Assembly (NCBI GenBank): GCA_049472315.1
Contig: JBLIRN010000004.1
Coordinates: forward strand, 17,108-81,107
DNA length: 64,000 nt
Source of the DNA: a bacterium
GTDB lineage: Bacteria > SZUA-182 > DTGQ01 > JAFGSM01
Direction: 5' to 3'
Part shown: in pieces, positions 29,319 to 38,629 of the stretch
How the letters are laid out: every line of letters starts with the position of its first letter
Position numbering within the stretch: the first letter of the stretch is position 1
Program-made: the position numbers and the translations under genes
The notes under the pieces: model-generated
Seen by the model: the letters and a program-made list of their open reading frames with translations, nothing else
What the model was told of the DNA's origin: nothing
Database searches by the model: none

Positions 29319-30443
29319 TCAATTCCGCTGAAGCCACCGCTCGAAGAATGGATCGCTGATCCTGTACCCGTCCTTGTCCTTCTGGACAAGCCCGTTTCTG
29401 ATCAATGCCTTCAAGGATGCCTGTACGCTCGAAGCGGAACCGAGATTATATTTTATGATCGTATCCTGTGAGAACATCTCCTTTGTCTTTGCCAGTGCCC
29501 GCAACACCGCCCTTTGATGGTGGCTCGAGGAGTCATACCAACTGAAATAGAGTTCTCCCTGATGGTAGATGACGAGATCGATTGCATACAACAATGTCTG
29601 TTCGCTGATTTCCTTATGGGCGATCTGCCAAAGATGGCATGCAAGCATCTGGATGTGGTAGGGGATGTTCTGGGAAACGGCGACAAGCTGCTCGGCAATA
29701 TGGCGGGGGATGCTCTTGGAGGTGTATTCGAACCGTTCGCGGATGAAGTCCACCATGGATTCAGGGTCGATGGGAGGAAGCGGATACAATTTTGCCATCT
29801 TGTAGAAGGGGCGGCGGGAATCGGTGAACATCCTGGTGGCGATGTGGATCTTGCTCGCGATAAAGATGTAATTCACCTTGGTATGATTCACGATGAACGG
29901 CTTCAGGAGTTCCTCGAACCCCCCTCCGTGCAAACCTTCCACCTCCTGAAATTCGTCGAGCACCACTACCACCTTCTTGTTATATTCCTGGGCCATCACC
30001 TGAGGCAGGTCAATAATATCCTCAAGGGCACTATGAATGTTTTCAGAGGTTTTCGAGAAATCAAACCTGATCCTCCACTGCCCTTCTCCCCCGATCTCAA
30101 AGCTCGGAACAATGCGCTTGAAAAAGGTGGCGATCTTTTCAAGCCGTTCCTTTAATTCGAACATGGTCTCACTGATAGCCATGGCATAGACCTCGAGGAA
30201 CTGCGCACAGGAGGTCGCCCGTTGAAGATCCACATGGATTGGAATAACCGAATTCTGGGTATTCATGATGGAAAGGGCATTTGACACAAGTGAGCTCTTG
30301 CCCAACCGCCGGTAGGCATAAACAAAGACATGTTCATCATGATTAAGGAAATCAATAAGGTCATTGATCTCCTTTTTGCGATTTGCAAAGAATTCTCCGG
30401 TCACCGCCTCACCAAAACGGAAAGGATTTTTTCCTCTATGCAT
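29319..30443 (-). CDS. AAA/'archaeal ATPase'-family P-loop protein with C-terminal winged helix
   Basis: KNPFRFG...FANRKKE, YRRLGKSSL, VVLDEFQE, IPYHIQ, ISDPFFERWL; visibly AT-richer than neighbours. Confidence 0.85.
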   Translation of the reverse strand: MHRGKNPFRFGEAVTGEFFANRKKEINDLIDFLNHDEHVFVYAYRRLGKSSLVSNALSIMNTQNSVIPIHVDLQRATSCAQFLEVYAMAISETMFELKERLEKIATFFKRIVPSFEIGGEGQWRIRFDFSKTSENIHSALEDIIDLPQVMAQEYNKKVVVVLDEFQEVEGLHGGGFEELLKPFIVNHTKVNYIFIASKIHIATRMFTDSRRPFYKMAKLYPLPPIDPESMVDFIRERFEYTSKSIPRHIAEQLVAVSQNIPYHIQMLACHLWQIAHKEISEQTLLYAIDLVIYHQGELYFSWYDSSSHHQRAVLRALAKTKEMFSQDTIIKYNLGSASSVQASLKALIRNGLVQKDKDGYRISDPFFERWLQRN

Positions 30444-30809
30444 GTTCTTCTCCTATCCAAATGGTACTGTTAAATGTGGCAAAACGGAAATTTATATCAC
30501 TATTATAATATATGGCATATTAAAAATCAAATAATTTTTTATATGCATTTCATCCTCTTTTTTTTATATCGTCAAATTTCATTTTTCTTCAATGGAAAAA
30601 ATAAGTTTATAGTTCTTTATCAAGGATCAAATATTATATGAATAAAGGTATACACCAATGATCCATCTTTGTAAAGTGGTGTTGATTTTTGTAAGAATAA
30701 TAGGCGATTTGATCGATCCCCATGCAAGAGGCACCGAGATCTTCGCGGGATAGTCCCTCACCGGAATGTGTTTTTTCGCTCCAGGTATACATGAACATCC
30801 TGAAAGGAT

Positions 30810-31118
30810 TCAGGACCCTAACCAGTCATCCTTGAAGCGTTCCTGGTAGTTCAACTCGGGATAATTGCGCTCGAAATCCTCCCGTGAAAAGGAATACCGA
30901 TACCCTTTGCAGTACTCCATGATGAGACCGTACGCCTCATTGATCCCCTTCATGGTATCCCCCTTCTCTCCCCCGGCATCCTTCTTTCCATCCGGATGAA
31001 ACATCCGGGCCATCCGCCGGTACGCGGTCTTGATCTCCTGCATGGTTGCCCGCTCGTCGAGGCCCAGTTGCCTCCTCGCCTCATCGAGTTCCTTGTAATG
31101 TAGTATCTTCTTTTTCAT
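30810..31118 (-). CDS. Small J-domain (DnaJ-like) protein
   Basis: LGL...EIKTAYRRMARMFHPD...INEAY; start moved to 31118 (SD GGAGG). Confidence 0.88.
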   Translation of the reverse strand: MKKKILHYKELDEARRQLGLDERATMQEIKTAYRRMARMFHPDGKKDAGGEKGDTMKGINEAYGLIMEYCKGYRYSFSREDFERNYPELNYQERFKDDWLGS

Positions 31119-31210
31119 GCGCCAAATACCTCCGGAATCAATCTCATGGACCTCGTTGCATGAACCGCTGCGGTTTGCGAGGCCCTGGATGTATTCAATG
31201 GATGAATAAT

Positions 31211-31239
31211 TTGACAACAGCCTATTAGCATATTAAAAT
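31211..31239 (+). promoter_or_regulatory. sigma70-type promoter for the zinc-ribbon gene
   Basis: TTGACA (31211-31216) - N17 - TAAAAT (31234-31239). Confidence 0.6.
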
Positions 31240-31343
31240 ATAATAAATTATTAAGCTACTTTTTGCCGATATATAAGATATATTATTGGATTTCTGGTCA
31301 CCTGCATTAAACACCATACTGAAACATAGAGGAGACGATTCAG

Positions 31344-31538
31344 ATGCCAATGTATTCATTTCATTGTAATGATTGCGGCCACACATTCGAACAATACTTC
31401 TATACCATGGATGATCGGAAAGTCCCCCCCTGTCCTGAATGCAAATCGAAAAAGGTCACCAGGCAATTAGGCACTGTGACGTTTACAAAGAAATCATCAT
31501 CCAAAGGCGGTGGTCTTCCGCGGTTCGGCTTCGGCTGA
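31344..31538 (+). CDS. FmdB-family zinc-ribbon protein
   Basis: MPMYSFHCNDCGHTFE...CPECKS; SD GAGGAG. Confidence 0.88.
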   Translation: MPMYSFHCNDCGHTFEQYFYTMDDRKVPPCPECKSKKVTRQLGTVTFTKKSSSKGGGLPRFGFG

Positions 31539-31561
31539 GGCCCTAAACGATGAGGGATCGG

Positions 31562-32230
31562 TCAGGTCCCCTGATTTTCTGTTGATCGGATGCCTGCAGG
31601 ATGACGGGCGGTTTTATTTCCCTCCATCCTGCAGGTTGACAGCTCTCTTTTTAATTCCCTTCTCAGACCCGGCACATCGGAAAATACCACGCCCCGGATC
31701 CCCAGGCATCGTGCGGCTTGAACGAAGGATTCATTGTCATCTATGTAAACGCACTCCCCGGGCATGATGTGCATCGCCTCCAGAACCCTCTCATATATAC
31801 GAGGATCCGGCTTGCGCAGCCCCATCTCGTAGGAAAGAAAACAGGTCTCGAATGTTGAAAGGATCGGTACGTCCCTCCGAATGGCTTCAAAATGGGCCTG
31901 ATTGGTGTTTGAGAGAAGCGAGAGCCGGTACCGGCATTTCAATTCCTCGATTAAGGGAATGATTTCCTCGTTGGGAACGAAGCCGCTCGACCAAACATTC
32001 AGAAAGTCATCGTAGTCAAGACGGAGATCGAACCGCTCCTTGATGGCGTCAAAAAAACGCACAGGGGTAATCTCCCCCCGATCAAGCGCCTCCTCAATCC
32101 TCTCCGTAAATATATAGTGGTAAATGTCAGCCGGATTTCCGCCCCATGCGGCGATCTTCGCACAGATATGCATGTGGTCGACAAAGACGATGACATTGCC
32201 CAGATCAAAAAGGATCACCTTTATCGGCAT
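31562..32230 (-). CDS. HAD-family phosphatase (subfamily IA)
   Basis: ILFDLGNV, LLSNT, RKPD, YIDD. Confidence 0.9.
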   Translation of the reverse strand: MPIKVILFDLGNVIVFVDHMHICAKIAAWGGNPADIYHYIFTERIEEALDRGEITPVRFFDAIKERFDLRLDYDDFLNVWSSGFVPNEEIIPLIEELKCRYRLSLLSNTNQAHFEAIRRDVPILSTFETCFLSYEMGLRKPDPRIYERVLEAMHIMPGECVYIDDNESFVQAARCLGIRGVVFSDVPGLRRELKRELSTCRMEGNKTARHPAGIRSTENQGT

Positions 32231-32380
32231 CGGTTACTACCCCGGTCCTCAAAAAAACTCATCCATAACACGGCTGCGCACGGAAGGATTCGGATATGAG
32301 GTGAGCATTCGCACCAGGCCTGCACAGGTGAAATGGTAACATACTGTTCAGGGCGGGGCAAATGAGCAGGAAAACGGACA

Positions 32381-32419
32381 GGAAAAAAGGGGCGGTCATC
32401 ATCATGATGACCGCCCCTT
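32381..32419 (-). terminator. Rho-independent terminator
   Basis: Stem AAGGGGCGGTCATC / GATGACCGCCCCTT, followed on the minus strand by a T-tract; downstream of 32501-32824. Confidence 0.8.
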
Positions 32420-32500
32420 GCGTATCGGACAAAACTATTTACGGCAGGGTGCCCGGCTGGTCAGCCTGTGCACCCGTCGGTTCGTAACGACAATTCCTTA

Positions 32501-32824
32501 TTATATGGTCGGGGTCGTCGCTGTTGTTGTATTAAAAAGGCTGCCGAACAAGAACGGATTTAAATGCCCGAAGCCGCCCATCATCCCATAATAGGGGAAG
32601 CTGCCCAGAGTGCTGGTGTCCAGCCCGCTCAGACTCGAATACAGCCAGGGATTGAGGCCGCCCATCCCCATCATGCCGCCCATCATGGGAAAGAATGGAA
32701 GGCTGGTCAATGTGGGTTGGGTTGCCGTCTGGGCTTGTGCCAGGGGTAAGCGGGCACTAACGATCAAAAATCCTGAAACTAAAAATGCACATGCAACAAT
32801 CATAAGACTCCGTCTGATAGTCAT
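32501..32824 (-). CDS. Small secreted Met/Gly/aromatic-rich protein with internal duplication
   Basis: SD AAAGGAGG; signal peptide (AQA|Q); two related units ...MMGG...LNP(W/F)L(Y/F)xSL; own terminator. Confidence 0.82.
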   Translation of the reverse strand: MTIRRSLMIVACAFLVSGFLIVSARLPLAQAQTATQPTLTSLPFFPMMGGMMGMGGLNPWLYSSLSGLDTSTLGSFPYYGMMGGFGHLNPFLFGSLFNTTTATTPTI

Positions 32825-33188
32825 ACGCGTAACCTCCTTTGCGATAACATGATCATGGTGTTGTTGGTTCCTTACTCATACTCCCCCCTTATGGCTCCAT
32901 AGTGTTACCCCTCCTTTGTCATGGTGCTGAAACAGTAGTATGAAACAGAACCCCTTATGCGCCCTCTACACGAGTAGTCTTAAAAATGACCGGCTGCTAC
33001 GCCTGATTGTTAGGGAGAGCACCATAATGTGGATGTAAGGCACAAGAATCGCTCATGGCGCAAGGGGCCCCGTGCTTTTGCCGATTACCACACCTTTTCC
33101 ATACAACCTTTACATGCAGCAGTTACCGTAGTAATAATAACCGTAAGTATTTGGCGAATGAAGATCCCTTTCGTTACGCCCCCTTCAC

Positions 33189-33372
33189 CCAAGCTTGCTA
33201 GGGCGGAGCGAAGCGGAGCCACTATGAACCCCTCCCGGTTACCTCACAAGCCGAGACTTCACTACCCAAGCTTGCTAGGGCGCAGCGAAGCGGAGCCACT
33301 ATGAACCTCTTCCGCTCACCCAAAGGCCCCCGATTCCAACCAACCTTTGCCAGGGCGGAGCGAAGCGGAGCC
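33189..33372 (+). repeat. Tandem array (two full copies plus one partial) of the ~77-bp repeat family
   Basis: CCAAGCTTGCTAGGGCG(G/C)AGCGAAGCGGAGCCACTATGAACC at 33189 and 33266; degenerate third copy from 33340. Confidence 0.9.
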
Positions 33373-33571
33373 CCAAAATCAGGCTTATCATGCGGAAAGA
33401 AGCGGAGATATCAAGTTGTCCTTTCCTTAATATTGAGCAAGCACATATAATTTGATACCATTGATCATTCATGAAGCGATGTGATGCAGGAAAACGCATT
33501 CCCGGGTATATCACCATGTTTGATGATGCAACTGTTGAAAAGGCGGATGCGATGGAAAGGCTTGCTCCCAT

Positions 33572-34303
33572 ATGAACGCCCAATTGCCATTGGGTCAACA
33601 TGTCGACATCCTGGCCATAGGGACCCGTCCGGGTGATGTCGAAATCGGGGTCGGCGGCATTCTCCTTAAAATGGCAATGCGTGGGTATACGACGGTCATT
33701 TGCGATCTCACCAGTGGAGGCTTACAGGTTCCGGGCAATGCCGGGGTGACCGGTGAAGAGATAAAGGAGGCGTCAGCGATCCTGCACGTATCCGATCGCA
33801 CCAATCTCGACTTGGGGGATTTCCCTTTCCAGGCGAATCCTGAATGTGCTCAAATTCTGGCGGACTGCCTCCGCCTCTATAACCCGGATATCATCCTGGC
33901 ACCCCATTGGGAGGATTGGATACCACTTCACCATTTCACCACCCAACTCCTTCACAGGGCGGTTGAAATCGCCGGATTCCCCCATGAAGAGACCCCGACC
34001 AAACCATACAAGCCATCGTGGATCCTCTACTATCCAACTGCCCGCCCGATCATCCCACAGATCATCGTCAACATAACCTCCTCGTTTGAGGGGAAGATGG
34101 AGGCTGCAAAGGTGTATCAGTCCCTGTTCCACGACAATCCGCCTTGTGCCCCTCACGCATCGACCTCCTCCAGAGACTTCAGTTTTCATGTGGAATCCCG
34201 GGCCCGGCATTTCGGATCGCTGATCAATTGCCGGTTCGGGGAGGGATTGATCCTCGCCCGACCGATTCCCGTGGATGACATCTGCGAAATGATCACCCTT
34301 TGA
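33572..34303 (+). CDS. PIG-L/LmbE (BshB1-like) deacetylase homolog with degenerate active-site motifs
   Basis: Overall BshB1-like layout (DILAIG..P.DVEIGVGG, DLTSG, EASAIL, RARHFG...GEG) but TRPGD replaces AHPDD and IPLH replaces HPDH. Confidence 0.8.
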   Translation: MNAQLPLGQHVDILAIGTRPGDVEIGVGGILLKMAMRGYTTVICDLTSGGLQVPGNAGVTGEEIKEASAILHVSDRTNLDLGDFPFQANPECAQILADCLRLYNPDIILAPHWEDWIPLHHFTTQLLHRAVEIAGFPHEETPTKPYKPSWILYYPTARPIIPQIIVNITSSFEGKMEAAKVYQSLFHDNPPCAPHASTSSRDFSFHVESRARHFGSLINCRFGEGLILARPIPVDDICEMITL

Positions 34304-34358
34304 TTCGTTTTTAAAACCGAATTCTTCCGATTTAGAAAACAAGCAAATCTTTGTCTCC

Positions 34359-34387
34359 TTGACACCTTGATGGAGTCAAGCTAACAT
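34359..34387 (+). promoter_or_regulatory. sigma70-type promoter for the pil operon, overlapped by inverted repeat CTTGAC...GTCAAG
   Basis: TTGACA (34359-34364) - N17 - TAACAT (34382-34387). Confidence 0.65.
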
Positions 34388-34427
34388 TATGACATGCGTA
34401 ATGGATTAAAAAATAAGGAATATCTTT

Positions 34428-36203
34428 ATGAAGGCCCGTTTGGGAGAGATTCTTGTACAAGCAAATATTATTACACAGGAGCAGTTGCTCAAGGCCCTGG
34501 AGGAACAGAAGAGGACCGGAGGCCGCATCGCGAACATCCTGACTAAACTCGGATATCTGAAGGAAGAGGATGCCCTCTTCTACCTCAGCAAACAGTTGGG
34601 TGTGCCGAGCGTTGATCTGCGCAACTTCGACATCGAACCCGATATCATCGAACTGATCCCTGCCGCGCTCTCCAAGAAATACCGCTTCATCCCCTTGAAC
34701 CTCCTGGGAGATACCTTGACCATCGCCATCGTTGATCCCACCGACTATGTGGCCATCGATGACATAAGCTTTTCCACGGGATTCCATATCGAAACGGTGG
34801 TGACGACGGAATCCCTTTTTGACCAAACATTCGAGCGATCCTATAAAAAGGCGAGACCAGCGAACCTGGATGTCTTTGACTATCGTGAAGAAGAAGGTGC
34901 CGCAATCCGTCATGAAGAGGTACAGGAGCCCCAGGAAGATATCATAGAGGTCGGAGATTTCGACAATATCGTCAAGGGGGCCCTCGACAATGTGGAGGTG
35001 GTGGAAGAGGAGGCATCCCAGGATTCACTCACCGAGGCGGACGCCCCTATTGTGAAACTGGTCAACGGCATACTGCTCAAGGCCGTCAATATCAAGGCGA
35101 GCGATATCCATATCGAGCCCTATGAAAAATCATTCCGGGTCCGCCTTCGTGTGGACGGTGTGCTCAAGAAGGTGATGGGGCTGCCGCCGAAGATCAGGAA
35201 TGCGGTGGTGTCCCGTATAAAGATCATGTCCAAGCTGGATATCGCTGAAAAACGATTGCCCCAGGATGGAAGGATCAAACTGAAACTGGGGAAAAACGCG
35301 GCCATGGACTTCCGTGTATCGGTGCTCCCCACCCTCTTCGGGGAGAAGGTGGTCATGCGGCTCCTGGACAAATCCAATCTCCAGCTCGATATGACCAAGC
35401 TGGGATTTGAACCCGACGATCTGGAAAAATTCCAGGAGGCCATCAAGAGCCCTTACGGCATGGTCCTGGTGACCGGCCCCACCGGAAGCGGGAAAACCAC
35501 CACCCTCTATTCCGCCCTGAACCAGTTGAATGTCGAGGAGACCAACATCATGACCGCCGAAGATCCGGTGGAGTTCAATCTCCAGGGGATCAATCAGGTC
35601 CATATCCACGAACACATAGGGCTCAACTTTGCCGCTGCACTCCGCTCCTTTTTGCGACAGGACCCCGACGTGGTCATGGTAGGTGAGATACGTGACCTGG
35701 AAACCGCTGAAATAGGCGTCAAGGCGGCCCTCACCGGACACCTTGTGCTGTCGACCCTCCATACCAATGACGCCCCGAGCACCATCATGCGTCTCTTGAA
35801 CATGGGGGTCGAATCCTTTCTGGTAAGCTCCGCCGTGGTACTGGTGCTTGCCCAGCGCCTCACCAGAAAGATCTGCAGCGAATGCAAGGAGCAGATACAT
35901 GTGCCTCCCGAACTCCTTCGGCGACTGGGTTTCTCGGAGCTCGACATAAACAACGGCATCGAGATCTACAAGGGGAAGGGATGCTCCAAATGCGGGAACA
36001 CCGGATATAAGGGAAGGCTCGCCCTTTATGAGGTCATGAAGATGACCGATCCCATCAGGGAACTGATTGTGCGCGGAGGCTCCACCGAGGAACTCAGGAA
36101 CCTCGCCATACAAGAGGGTATGAGGACATTGAGGCAGAGCGGTTTGATGAAGGTTAAAGAGGGGATGACCACCATTGACGAGGTACTCAGTGTAACCGCA
36201 TAA
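34428..36203 (+). CDS. pilB: Type IV pilus assembly ATPase with N-terminal MshEN-type domain
   Basis: RLGEILV...LLKALEEQ, ASDIHIEP, GPTGSGKTTT, LRQDPD, tetracysteine CSEC...CSKC. Confidence 0.97.
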   Translation: MKARLGEILVQANIITQEQLLKALEEQKRTGGRIANILTKLGYLKEEDALFYLSKQLGVPSVDLRNFDIEPDIIELIPAALSKKYRFIPLNLLGDTLTIAIVDPTDYVAIDDISFSTGFHIETVVTTESLFDQTFERSYKKARPANLDVFDYREEEGAAIRHEEVQEPQEDIIEVGDFDNIVKGALDNVEVVEEEASQDSLTEADAPIVKLVNGILLKAVNIKASDIHIEPYEKSFRVRLRVDGVLKKVMGLPPKIRNAVVSRIKIMSKLDIAEKRLPQDGRIKLKLGKNAAMDFRVSVLPTLFGEKVVMRLLDKSNLQLDMTKLGFEPDDLEKFQEAIKSPYGMVLVTGPTGSGKTTTLYSALNQLNVEETNIMTAEDPVEFNLQGINQVHIHEHIGLNFAAALRSFLRQDPDVVMVGEIRDLETAEIGVKAALTGHLVLSTLHTNDAPSTIMRLLNMGVESFLVSSAVVLVLAQRLTRKICSECKEQIHVPPELLRRLGFSELDINNGIEIYKGKGCSKCGNTGYKGRLALYEVMKMTDPIRELIVRGGSTEELRNLAIQEGMRTLRQSGLMKVKEGMTTIDEVLSVTA

Positions 36204-36268
36204 CACCTTGTAATAGAGAAGAAAAAAACATTATTATTCATGGATTGGACAGGTTCGAGGGTATATAG

Positions 36269-37348
36269 ATGACAGAGTTGAACCAGTTACTCCACGAGAT
36301 GCTTCACATGCGGGCATCCGATCTCCACCTCACCAGCGGCATCCCCCCCCAGGTGCGAGTGGACGGGAACATCATCCCCTCCTCCCACCCTCCCCTGACT
36401 AATGAGGCCATCAGGAACATGGTCAACAGCGTACTGAACGAGGATCAAAAAAGGAAACTCGATGCCGAGCTCGAGCTGGATCTCTCGTTCGGAATCAATG
36501 GGCTGAGCCGCTTCAGGGCGAATATATTCTTCCAGCGCGGCGCCCTGGCAATGGCCGTGAGAAGCATTCCCATCTACATCCCCACGTTCGAGGAATTGGG
36601 TATCCCCTCCATCGTCACCACCTTATGCGAAAAGACCAGGGGCCTTGTCCTGGTGACCGGGCCTACGGGAAGCGGAAAATCAACCACGCTGGCGGCGATG
36701 ATCGACTGGATCAATACCCATCACCATAAACATATCATTACCATAGAGGACCCCATCGAGTATCTCCATTCCCACAAGCAGTGCATTGTGAATCAGCGGG
36801 AATTGCACGCAGACACCCATTCCTTCATGCATGCACTCCGATCAGCGCTCAGGGAGGACCCCGACATCGTGCTCATCGGAGAGATGAGGGACCTGGAAAC
36901 CATAGAGGCTGCATTGACCATATCGGAAACCGGGCATCTCACCCTGGCAACCCTTCATACCAATTCATGCGTCCAGTCCATCAACCGGATTATCGATGTC
37001 TTTCCGCCCCATCAACAGAACCAGATTCGGACCCAGCTCTCCTTTGTCCTGGAAGGAATACTCGCCCAGCAGTTGATTCCCCGGCAGCTCGAAGACGGGA
37101 GGGCCCTGGCCCTGGAGATTCTTATTCCCAACGCCGCGGTGCGGAACCAGGTACGGGAAAACCACATCCACCATATCTACAGCATCATGCAGGCGGGGCA
37201 GGCACGGCACGGAATGCAGACCATGAATCAGGCGCTGTTTGACCTGTACCAAAAGGGCATCATATCCAAGGAAAATGCCCTTGGCCATTCAACCTATCCG
37301 GAAGAGATGGCAAATATGATTCAAAACACGCTTGTGCGAATGATCTAA
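36269..37348 (+). CDS. pilT: Type IV pilus retraction ATPase
   Basis: ASDLHL, RFRANIF, GPTGSGKSTT, ALREDPD, TLHT, AVRNQVRE. Confidence 0.96.
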   Translation: MTELNQLLHEMLHMRASDLHLTSGIPPQVRVDGNIIPSSHPPLTNEAIRNMVNSVLNEDQKRKLDAELELDLSFGINGLSRFRANIFFQRGALAMAVRSIPIYIPTFEELGIPSIVTTLCEKTRGLVLVTGPTGSGKSTTLAAMIDWINTHHHKHIITIEDPIEYLHSHKQCIVNQRELHADTHSFMHALRSALREDPDIVLIGEMRDLETIEAALTISETGHLTLATLHTNSCVQSINRIIDVFPPHQQNQIRTQLSFVLEGILAQQLIPRQLEDGRALALEILIPNAAVRNQVRENHIHHIYSIMQAGQARHGMQTMNQALFDLYQKGIISKENALGHSTYPEEMANMIQNTLVRMI

Positions 37349-37373
37349 ATAATATATTAGAGAGGAAAGGGTT

Positions 37374-38585
37374 ATGCCGGTATTCAAATATAAGGGCAGG
37401 ACGCTGCAAGGCAAAGAGGTAGAAGGCGAGATAACGGGTGACAGCAAAGAACTGGTAATGGCCGAATTGAGGCGTCAGGCCGTCATTCCCACCCAGGTGA
37501 AAAAGAAACCCACGGAGATCACCATCTCCATTCCCGGGTTCGGGGCAAAGATAAAGGAAAAGGACCGAATCGTATTCACCCGCCAGTTCGCCACTATGAT
37601 CGATGCCGGGCTTCCCCTCGTCCAGAGTCTCGACATCCTCGCCCAGCAGACGGAAAACCCGGAACTGGCCAAGACCATCAAGGATATCAAGATGACCGTG
37701 GAAGGCGGGAGCACCTTCGCCGACGCACTTCGCAAATACCCGAAGGTGTTTGATCAATTGTATGTGAACATGGTGGAGGCTGGAGAGGCAGGCGGTATCC
37801 TGGATACCATTCTGGAGAGGCTCTCCGGATACATGGAACGGGCCCTGGCCCTCAAGCGGAAGGTCAAGACCGCCATGACCTACCCGATCGTCATCCTTGT
37901 GGTGGCCGTCGTGGTGGTCGCCGGGCTCCTCATCTTCGTCATCCCCCAGTTCGCTGACCTTTTCACCAGTTTCGGGGGAACGCTTCCGCTGCCCACCCGT
38001 ATCGTCATCGCGCTGAGTGATTTCCTGGGCGGATGGGGAGGATTGATTATCCTGATAACCGTTATTACCGTCTTCATCACCGTCAAGCGAGTCAACAGGA
38101 CGGCAAAGGGAAAGCTCTTTTTCGATAAGGTACTTTTGAAGTCACCGGTATTCGGCAATCTTCTTCAAAAGGTTTCGATCGCCAAATTCACCAGAACCCT
38201 GGGCACCCTGATCAGCAGCGGCGTTCCCCTCCTCGATGGTATGGAGATCACGGCACGAACGGCTGGGAACAAGGTGATCGAACATGCCATCATGTCCAGC
38301 CGGGTCTCCATCAGCGAAGGGAAAACCATTGCGGAGCCGCTGGGCGAGACCAAGGTGTTCCCCCCCATGGTGGTGCAGATGATATCCATCGGCGAAAGCA
38401 CGGGTGCACTGGATACCATGCTGGGGAAGATCGCGGATTTCTACGACGAGGAGGTGAACACCGCGGTGGAGGCGCTCACCTCCATGCTGGAGCCTCTGTT
38501 GATGATCTTCCTGGGTGGATCGGTCGGATTTATATTGATTGCCATGTACATGCCGATATTCGGCCTGGCGAATCTCATCGGATAG
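37374..38585 (+). CDS. pilC: Type IV pilus inner-membrane platform protein (T2SSF family)
   Basis: FTRQFATMIDAG, AGEAGG, AMTYP, GESTG, EPLL, AMYMPIF. Confidence 0.96.
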   Translation: MPVFKYKGRTLQGKEVEGEITGDSKELVMAELRRQAVIPTQVKKKPTEITISIPGFGAKIKEKDRIVFTRQFATMIDAGLPLVQSLDILAQQTENPELAKTIKDIKMTVEGGSTFADALRKYPKVFDQLYVNMVEAGEAGGILDTILERLSGYMERALALKRKVKTAMTYPIVILVVAVVVVAGLLIFVIPQFADLFTSFGGTLPLPTRIVIALSDFLGGWGGLIILITVITVFITVKRVNRTAKGKLFFDKVLLKSPVFGNLLQKVSIAKFTRTLGTLISSGVPLLDGMEITARTAGNKVIEHAIMSSRVSISEGKTIAEPLGETKVFPPMVVQMISIGESTGALDTMLGKIADFYDEEVNTAVEALTSMLEPLLMIFLGGSVGFILIAMYMPIFGLANLIG

Positions 38586-38629
38586 TGCCGGACACCCTCC
38601 GGAACAGCAGGAGCTCATGCGAGGGACGT

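Noticed and set aside
33189-33372. CRISPR-like geometry (~44-nt repeats, 31-33-nt spacers)
   Set aside because: The 'spacers' resemble each other and the matching part of the 29-kb copy, so this is a ~77-bp tandem unit; there are only 2.5 copies and no cas genes.
33299-33601. 100-aa minus-strand ORF
   Set aside because: Runs through the repeat array and opposes the PIG-L start; no motif.
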